Shown here: piece after piece, positions 56,314 through 64,000 of the stretch
Position numbering within the stretch: the stretch's first letter is position 1
Layout of the letters: every line of letters begins with the position of its first letter
The notes under the pieces: model-generated
Seen by the model: the letters and a program-made list of their open reading frames with translations, nothing else
What the model was told of the DNA's origin: nothing
Database searches by the model: none
Translations under genes and position numbers: made by a program
Source: Bigelowiella natans CCMP2755
Lineage: Eukaryota > Protista > Cercozoa
DNA length: 64,000 nucleotides
Direction of reading: 5' to 3'
Assembly (NCBI GenBank): GCA_000320545.1
Contig: ADNK01003027.1
Coordinates: forward strand, 3,249 to 67,248

Positions 56314-59260
56314 AATAATAAAGAGAGATATATATATATATGTGTGTGTGTGTATGTGTGTGTGTTTTTCTTTTTTTTTTCAGTATTCTCTGTGAGGCAG
56401 AGCTTTCTATCGGCGATACATATCTTCGGCTAGGCATGTGGTAATTTACTAACGAGCTGACTCTATCTGTACACAATCACAATTATTTTAACATGTCATC
56501 CTCTTTCGAAAACAAACACCAAATATTCCATTTTCTAGGGAAGACGCTCGTTTAGCTTTCAGCGTTGTCTACAACAACAGGTGTCTTCTTCTTTGCCCTC
56601 TTTGTTACAATTTTTGTTTCATAAGACGAGGGAAAATCGATAAAAGCTTTGAAAAGATTATCGGAGTGACTTCATTTTTTAATTCTCCCCACATTTCAAA
56701 AGTCGGTTTTGTTACAAGCAAGAAAGAATGTCATATTACGACTACTTCCATTACTAATTTTCCGTGCAGCTTTCGAGCGGCAATCGGAGATCGACCTTTA
56801 AGTATCACCAACCGATGGAGAGCAAGAGCACTCTCTGGAAGAGCAGACGCGAACATGAAAAGTGGTGCCTTCTACGAACAAAATCGAGATGTACAGGTAT
56901 GATCCACCATAAATGTGTTAAATACGAAGCTCGTCGAATCCTGTTCTTTGCTCATAGGAGCTAAAAGTATTGCTGACTCAGTCGGATGAGCCATTGTTGC
57001 GTCAGGTTTTTTAATGATAAATGAATATATTCTTTGACGAACTCATTCTTACGATTACGGAACCTTGTAACACACATGTAGGAAATACTTCATTCTCGAG
57101 GGAAAAGCGTAAACGCCGCAGTTGAGAAAATGAGATGATAATGCTTGCACATCCTTGTAATCACGGGAACACATTTTAACGTGATACAAAAGCATGTGTC
57201 ATGCATGCTTGGAGCCTGTCAAAGCGGTGGAAACAGATTCTCAGTATTTTTGATCCGCATGTTCCTTAATTTTACGCAGAGGCAAATCAGATAGCTCATC
57301 TATCATGAACGTGCCGAAATGTACGCTGCTGGTTTCGGAATAACTTTATTACATTAAAATTTGCATCTTTACGCATCATGAGACAATTATATTTGCAATG
57401 TTAATTTGAACCAGTGGTCGATTGCAACAATATGTGTACTACTCGATTAACAACGCTACCTGCGAGCATTCACATGGATGCAGCATCTTTTGCAGCGCAT
57501 GCAATGCTGCACATGTAATGGCTAGCTTGCAGACCTAGCGTACACGCGCACATTTGTGGCGACATGCTCCTGATTAATAAGACGTGCATGCGTGGACATA
57601 CACACACTCAAAGTCACATATACAACATGTTTTTGTGTGTACGTGTTTTGACAAACTACACACTTGCATTCTTGCATAATGACATCGCATGCACATTGCA
57701 ATGCGACTATTTTTACGCATGTATTTACTAATAATAACGAATCAGAAGCTACATTATGCCGCAAGCATGTGAGCAGAAAGTCGTACACAACAAGATCATG
57801 TAACTTCAATATCTCCTAACTACTTGTTCATGTGCCTTGTCTGAATTACCAATAGGGATAATGCGACTTTATATTTTGGGTTCGATGAGCACACAGCTAG
57901 ACAGTGTTGCCAGTTTTTATTTACAAGTAATTTGCTTCCATTCAAACAAGAGCAGTAATGCTTTTAATTTTCTACCAATTCTCAGGATGAAACTAACTTA
58001 ATGGAATTATCTGTTTTATTTGACCGTCAGATCCATTACGTTACATGCGGGGAGGACTCTACACAACCAAACGAAATATATTCCAAGAGGGTTCCAATGA
58101 CCTAATATAAGTGATGGAGAAAGGTTACGCACAGTCTAGATAGACTCCCTCCATTTTCATAATATTTTTAATGCTATTAGAAATTTTTTCATTAATAACC
58201 ATATAAATTTATTTATTTATTTATTTATATTTAGTGACCTCTTGAGGCATCTTCTGTATTGTATTTTCTATTTATTTATATTTAGTGACCTCTTGAGGCA
58301 TCTTCTGTATTGTATTTTCTATCTATTTATATTTAGTGACCTCTTGAGGCATCTTCTGTATTGTATTTTCTATCATTTGTTGAATTATAGCCACTATTCG
58401 CTCAGGTACATGAAATTCCTAACCCGCATTAGCCAAATATACAGCGAAAGTCACAGAAAGATTATAAAATATCGCAACAGTGATTAGTTTTTGAGACTCG
58501 ATATACAATACAGTCAACGATTCCTAAACTTGTCGTAATTTTCTTCTACCCTTCTGACGCATCCTTTGGGATATCGAAATTTTATGTAGGAAGACGTCGA
58601 TGTTCGCACGCAGTACAGAGCCCTACATTCATTAAGAACGATTTAGAAAATCATATGTCTTTATTTCAATGGCTGTGGCAGCATCGTTTAAGTGAAGTAT
58701 TTAAGAAGTAACCTGCAGCATTGGTATCGTCGTCCATAGACAACCTTTCGTCCTGTTCGCCGCAGAAACTGCCACTGTGGACAAACGGCGGCAACCAAAC
58801 ATAAAAAATGTAGGAAGCAGGCAAACAAATTCATTTCATCTGACATATATATATAGAAGTCGTGCCGTCCCCTCCGTAGGACTACTACTAGAGTAGAAAA
58901 TGGCCTGTAGCCTTCTTAGTAGTAACCTTGTTGAGCTGGAGTGGATGGTGTTGACACTCCTTTACTACGTTTCCTGCCATCCAATCTTTAACTTCTGTCG
59001 ATGGAAATAGGAATTCATTTTAGCAATTTGTATCAAACGTCCTAATTTTACGTTGGTTAGCTGCGGTACCTAAACAATATCCACAAAAAGCACATTTTTC
59101 AAGTTCTAGCGGAGAAAGAGTCTGTATCCGAGAGCATTTATCTAATCCCTTTGGCAAACCTATTTTCGATTTTGGTTCAGAGAAATTAAAAGCACCAGAA
59201 GAAAACGAACACCTTTTTCCGACTCCTGGGAAGAATCGTGCTGTTGTTTTATTGCATAGC
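53370..59260 (+). CDS. Chain of small exons encoding TPR-like helical repeats; probable continuation of the STAND gene, or a separate gene
   Basis: GT-AG exons such as WLGIASAYEETEQYQQ (~53835), YLEKAVKLI (~55175), SLWIGLARL (~55650), EAELSIGDTYLRL (~56390), RWRARALSGRADANMKSG (~56810). Confidence 0.45.
58219..58372. repeat. Tandem repeat, 3 x 51 bp
   Basis: Unit atttatttatatttagtgacctcttgaggcatcttctgtattgtattttct. Confidence 0.93.
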
Positions 59261-59519
59261 ATTGATATGGCGGCTCGTTGAATGGTTGATTCTGCATCTG
59301 CTGGTGTAATTTGAAGCCGATGGAATCAAAAAAGGAAGCGGGTGTTTGGACAAGTTATTTCCTCTTTATTATTCTTTTTCTTCCTCCTCTTCCTCTTCTT
59401 CCTCCTTCTGTTCCCCCTCTACGAGAAGGAAGAAGGAGAATGAAAAAAAGGAGGACAGAAAAAGGAAGAGAAGGGAGGAGATCTGGAAAGTACTGTATGC
59501 ACAAAAAGAAAGAGAAAAG

Positions 59520-59862
59520 TCAACATCGCACTTCTTTCGGGTTGTTCTGCTCCCAGATATGCTCCCAACAAATTAGATCAAGAACATCGCACTTCTTTTT
59601 TTCTTTCCTTCTTTCTGTCTTTCTTTCTTTCTTATTGTGAGGGAAGAACATCGCACTTCTTTCTTTCTTTCCTTCTTGCTTTCTCTTTTTGTGAGGGAAG
59701 AACATCGCACTTCTTTCTTTCTTTCTTTCCTTCTTGCTTTCTCTTTTTGTGAGGGAAGAACATCGCACTTCTTTCTTTCTTTCCTTCTTTCTGTCCTTCT
59801 GTCCTTCTTGCTTTCTTTTTGTGAGGGAAGACTCGAAGAACATCGCACTACTTTCTTTCATC
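59520..59862. repeat. Array of 6 AACATCGCACT cores separated by (CTTT)-rich pyrimidine tracts
   Basis: Cores at 59522, 59583, 59647, 59701, 59759, 59839 (period 54-80 bp); the later units are preceded by tgtgagggaag. Confidence 0.92.
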
Positions 59863-59894
59863 CTTTCTGATCCTGAGGGTGGTGGCCGACTGCG

Positions 59895-61066
59895 ATGGTG
59901 ACGACAAAGAGAATGTTGCCATCAGGTGAGCTGCTGCATTCTGATCATAACGAGGTGGCAAGAAAGGTTGCTCCAATATTCTCCCTGAGCCTCTCCGCTA
60001 TTTTGGTATTTTCAGAAAAGGTGATTGATCTGACGCATGATGCCTCCTCTTCCCAAGTCGCCACCTCTGGAAAGGAAGTGAATCGGATGGGCGTGGTGAC
60101 TACAGGGGACCTGTCACCAGGTTGTCACTGCTGTTACTCTCTTATCGTAATGATTGGCAAATGAAGAATCACTCCGACGCTTCTTCCTTCTGCTCCCCCA
60201 ACCTTACATTTTCAGGAGATGTAATTGACCTAACGAATGAAGTCTCCTCCTCCTCTTCCACCACCACCTCCTCATCATCATCCAATTCCACCGCCTCTCA
60301 AAGGGAAGCAGTTCATCAGTTAAGCAAAAAGTCAAAAGTATTTGGCCAGATACCTAAAAAAATGATGATTAAGGTGGGATACCAATTGAATAATGTATGA
60401 CTATTGCTCATGGCCCTTTTATGATGTGGATCTTTGTTCAGTTTTCTAAACAGTATTCAATGAAAATTCCGGCAATTTCACAATCAGGCATCGAAAAGAC
60501 CGAAGTCGCATCTAACTCTTCCGAGCAGCGAGAGCATTAAGAATTCTTCCAAATTAGATGAAAATAATTTCAGGGAGATGAATATGGTAAAAAAAAGAAT
60601 TATGAGAAAACAGCAACGTTTGTGGCCAAATTGTCCAATTGAATTATATGACACTGGGGACCTGCAACTTGGCCATGGAATCAGAAGTAAGGGGAAAATT
60701 GATCCAGGAACATTCGTGGCGAGCTACCCATCAATCGTGAAGAAATGTTATTTCAACTCAAAATTTGCCGCGACCTATCAGGTGTCTCTTGATAAAAAGA
60801 AAAAATTGTGCCACTCCCCGGACATTGATGCAATGAAGAAAATGAAAACGGATAAGGTTCCAGTTATAGGCACAATTGTGCCACCTTTGGCAGTGTTCGT
60901 CAATGGGTCGAAGTCGAAGGAAGATGCAAATTCGGTGCTCTATCAATTGTCTGGTTACATCAGATCCAGGGTTGGAAGTAGAAACACGATGTTCTTGAAA
61001 GTAGTAAAGAAGGTCCAGCCAGGCGAGGAGATTCGGTGGTACTATGGGGAAGACTACAATTTTTGA
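59895..61066 (+). CDS. SET-domain protein (290 aa) with two N-terminal VIDLT SUMO-interacting motifs; 4 exons
   Basis: Phase-consistent exons 59895-59925, 60016-60120, 60216-60373, 60488-61066. SET motifs GHGIRSKGKIDPGTFVASY, VFVNGS...AN, KVQPGEEIRWYYGEDY*. SIM-like KVIDLTHD and DVIDLTNE. Confidence 0.8.
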
Positions 61067-61300
61067 CACATACAACAACGCCTCTTTCTATTTGGTTGGT
61101 ACAATTGACGTCGTCGAGCGAGCAGAAATGCGCGCTCTTAGAATTTTACTAGTTTAGTTATGAAGAGAAGCTCTCCCAGCTAATTACCGGGTACGCAAGG
61201 CAAACATGAGTGCAAGAGGCATGTGCTTGGCAGTCTTGAATTGCTTCAGTAGTTCAGCCTTCGATATTCTAATGCTGCATGGTGCACGCATGTCGCATGT

Positions 61301-61799
61301 CATGTGAGACGGATGTGACTGAATCAACATATAAACAAAATGCATTGTGTCAATGGCTGCCCTAAGCAGCGCCATATTGCCTTGCAGAGCTACGGGTACT
61401 ACAGCGCTGCACATAACATCATGCCAACATGATGACACGCACTCATCATTCTAAGTGCAAATGCATGCATTTGCAAGTGTGTGCCACTATCAAGCTAGCC
61501 AACACAGGGAACGTAGGCTTCTCAACATATATTTTCTGTGCACGGACTTAACTCCGCACGACCGTGGCACACTGTACAGGCTGTGCGCAGCGATTGGCAT
61601 TGCTACACGCACTGCTCAAGACGAACTAATTGCTGCACATTGGAAGCACATGTAGTAGCCACAGCTAGCACAGCGCAAGCATCAGTGCTGAAAGATGCTG
61701 AAACGCTCAAATTGCACACGTACAAGCCGCTGCATTGCACAGCTACATAAGGATGACCATTGAACAAATTTAATTGATTAATTACATCCGTCTTACATG
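61301..61799. mobile_element. ~500-bp MITE-like element with terminal inverted repeats
   Basis: Left end catgtgagacggatgtga (61301-61318) pairs with right end ttacatccgtcttacatg (61782-61799) at 16/18 positions. The right arm 61725-61798 is the ~75-bp family motif. Confidence 0.65.
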
Positions 61800-61883
61800 T
61801 TTGTCCGTTGGAGTAGTGTCCATTGCTAGCAGGTCGAGTCAAACTACATTTTAAGAAAGAGCTAATTTCTATCCCGTGCATTT

Positions 61884-63347
61884 CTATCCCTTACGCGCCT
61901 TTTTTGAAAAGAAAGAGAAGAGGCTCTTTGTGCCAGCAGCAGCCTTCTTAAGTTTCTCTGCCTGTGAGTTGTATTCGGTGAGTCATCTATGAGCGCTTAT
62001 TGCTTCCCAGAAGAGGATTTTGTGGTTCGCAAGAACATTGTTGAAGATATGAATGAACGGGTGGATAAATAAAGGTGAAAATGAAAGCGAATAACTCATG
62101 CGCTCGGTCTTCTGATCCTATGCACGCTAACCGCACATATGATTAGTAGTATTAACCTTCTCCTCCTCCTTTTTCTTCTTCTCCCGAGCCTTTTTCCGCA
62201 TCTTTTGGAGCGCCTCAGCGTCCATTTTGGTAGCAAGATGTTGACCTCCCGCAGGCGTCGCCGTGTCTTCCCCTCGCTCGCCATTTACTATTGACGACTG
62301 CTAGTCACATGTTTTCAAATGAGGAGGAGGGGAAAGTTATTATGAATATTGTTGCTATTTATCTGATCTTTCCAGAGTGTATATACGTGTTGTGTGCTTT
62401 GCTTTGCTCCTTTGTGGTACTATACTAGCGGATATCATATCAATCACACGGATCTTTCTAACCTCCCATGCCGCTTTTTTGCGTTTCTTAGGGTAGACTT
62501 CATTCTTTGTGAGGTTATAGCTCTGTATCAAGGATAGCAAGATCATCAGGACTAATACTCCGTTCGCCAAGAACGTTAGCAGCGTCAGCAAAAGTACAGC
62601 GGCAAAGCACCTTCAGTAGATCATCAAAGACCGAATCGGGAAGATACTCGCTTAATAGTCCAACCGCATAGATGATCGCAAGTTTTTCATCCCTGTTGTT
62701 GTTTGAAGAAACAAGTGATGTGCTAGCAGTCTCCATGGTGCTTTTCATGTCAACCTCCCCCCCCCCTTTCCTGCTTTCTCCCAAGTAGTTCGACCTTATG
62801 TGTTTGGTGTTGGCCTTTATGCGCTCCACCTTGGCTTTGAGCCATGTCATTGTCTTTTCGTCTGATATCCGGAACACCTATGAAGAAAGAAACCATCCCC
62901 CCCCACACACCAGGAGAAATAAGGATTCAGGAATGGAAGACAAGGTTGACAGGAATGGGGAAGGTGAACCGCACCTTATCGTCCCAACCATCACGAACCT
63001 CGCAAATCGATTTCAATCCGCGAGAAACCTGCATGTGTGGACAGAGCAGAACGAGAAGGGACTATGAGATCAGCACATAATACAACCCCCCTCCCCCCCC
63101 CCACACACACACATTGCCTTAGAAAAACCACCCTTATTTGAGTTGGACAATTGTCCCAACAATCTATACGCGCAAGGCACGTAAGTGGCCCCGAACGCTC
63201 AAACATGTCGGTTTTTATCTTCCAGACCCTCAAGAAGAGAACAGCCATGGCAATTGCTGCCTCCGCTGGTAGATCTGGATGTTTAGTGTGCCTCTCATCT
63301 ATTTTCCTATCCATGAGTACACTGGGTGCAATACATTTGTATCCATG

Positions 63348-63409
<62 letters not shown>

Positions 63410-63729
63410 ATATACAAATAAAGGAATAATTGTGTTTGTATATTATCCCAACAATCTATACGCGCAAGGCACGTAAGTGGCCCCGAACGCTCAAACATGT
63501 CGGTTTTTATCTTCCAGACCCTCAAGAAGAGAACAGCCATGGCAATTGCTGCCTCCGCTGGTAGATCTGGATGTTGAGTGTGCCTCTATTTTCACCAAAT
63601 CTATTCCAAGCACTAAAGTCTTACCGCTGGCAGCGTAATTAGCTGTGAAATATCATCATCTCCGACGGAGGGAAGGAGTTGGTCTATGGGCACGAACATT
63701 CCAGTTTGGCCCTGATGAACATGAAGAAA
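61884..63729 (-). CDS. RNASEH2B: Ribonuclease H2 subunit B (5' exons outside window)
   Basis: GMFVPIDQLL; LKSICEV; FRISDEKTMTWLKAKVERI; IYAVGLLSEYLPDSVFDDL; C-terminal PIP-box-like GTKSLFSFF before the stop at 61884. All occur in the order seen in RNASEH2B. Confidence 0.88.
63147..63587. repeat. ~140-bp direct duplication inside an RNASEH2B intron
   Basis: cccaacaatctatacgcgcaaggcacgtaag...gatctggatgtt..gtgtgcctct at ~63155-63296 and ~63447-63587, separated by (TA)n(TG)n. Confidence 0.93.
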
Positions 63730-63827
63730 CTATGTGATACGCACGTCCTCTCCCTTTCGTTCTCCCCCCCCCCCCCCCCCCCCTCCTCCTCCTCCTCTCT
63801 CTCTCTTTTTTAAAACCCCCGCCCCTT

Positions 63828-63864
<37 letters not shown>

Positions 63865-63900
63865 TTAGAAAAAAAAAAAAAAAAAAAAAAAAAATGATGA

Positions 63901-63932
<32 letters not shown>

Positions 63933-64000
63933 GGGGGGGGGGGAGAGAGAGAGGGAGAGAGCGTGCGCGTCCCATATTTTTTTTTTGTCTCTCTGTGGGA

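Noticed and set aside
5716-56476. Many ORFs with poly-IY, poly-VC, poly-M, poly-L or poly-H
   Set aside because: Translations of intronic microsatellites.
59520-59862. CRISPR-like array with variable spacers
   Set aside because: The spacers are homologous low-complexity CTTT tracts and the core is only ~11-16 bp.
1440-61800. CpG methylation decay or classical RIP as the cause of the TG/CA-rich islands
   Set aside because: CpG is retained (e.g. gacacgacggcgacgcaacg at ~18475, gcgcgtgcggcctggcgcgc at ~33910) and TpA is lost rather than gained.
63760-63960. Poly-C/poly-A/poly-G block as telomere or G-quadruplex element
   Set aside because: No telomeric repeat unit. Long homopolymers near the window end may be low-quality sequence and cannot be interpreted without reads.

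Overview
Eukaryotic, protist-like, intron-rich nuclear DNA using the standard genetic code, with introns full of microsatellites. About 11 spliced genes and one tRNA are visible, in order: 3' end of an unknown gene (+); nucleotidyltransferase-glucuronokinase fusion (-); tRNA-Asp(GTC); small TPR protein (+); two-RRM RNA-binding protein (-); multi-Tudor/bromodomain chromatin reader (-); secreted arylsulfatase (+); Bin3/MePCE RNA methyltransferase (-); a long + strand locus (38-59 kb) with a STAND/NB-ARC-type NTPase, winged helix and TPR-like helices; a compact 4-exon SIM-SIM-SET gene (+); and RNase H2 subunit B (-). The most striking signal is non-coding. Islands of decayed repeats (a TIR-like family, LINE-like 3' ends) have lost almost all TpA dinucleotides but keep CpG, and the surviving TpA is mostly in CTAG. 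Copy-to-copy differences are TA->TG/CA. This suggests a repeat-targeted A:T->G:C hypermutation process, the mirror image of fungal RIP. Gene models were spliced by eye, so outer boundaries are approximate unless stated.
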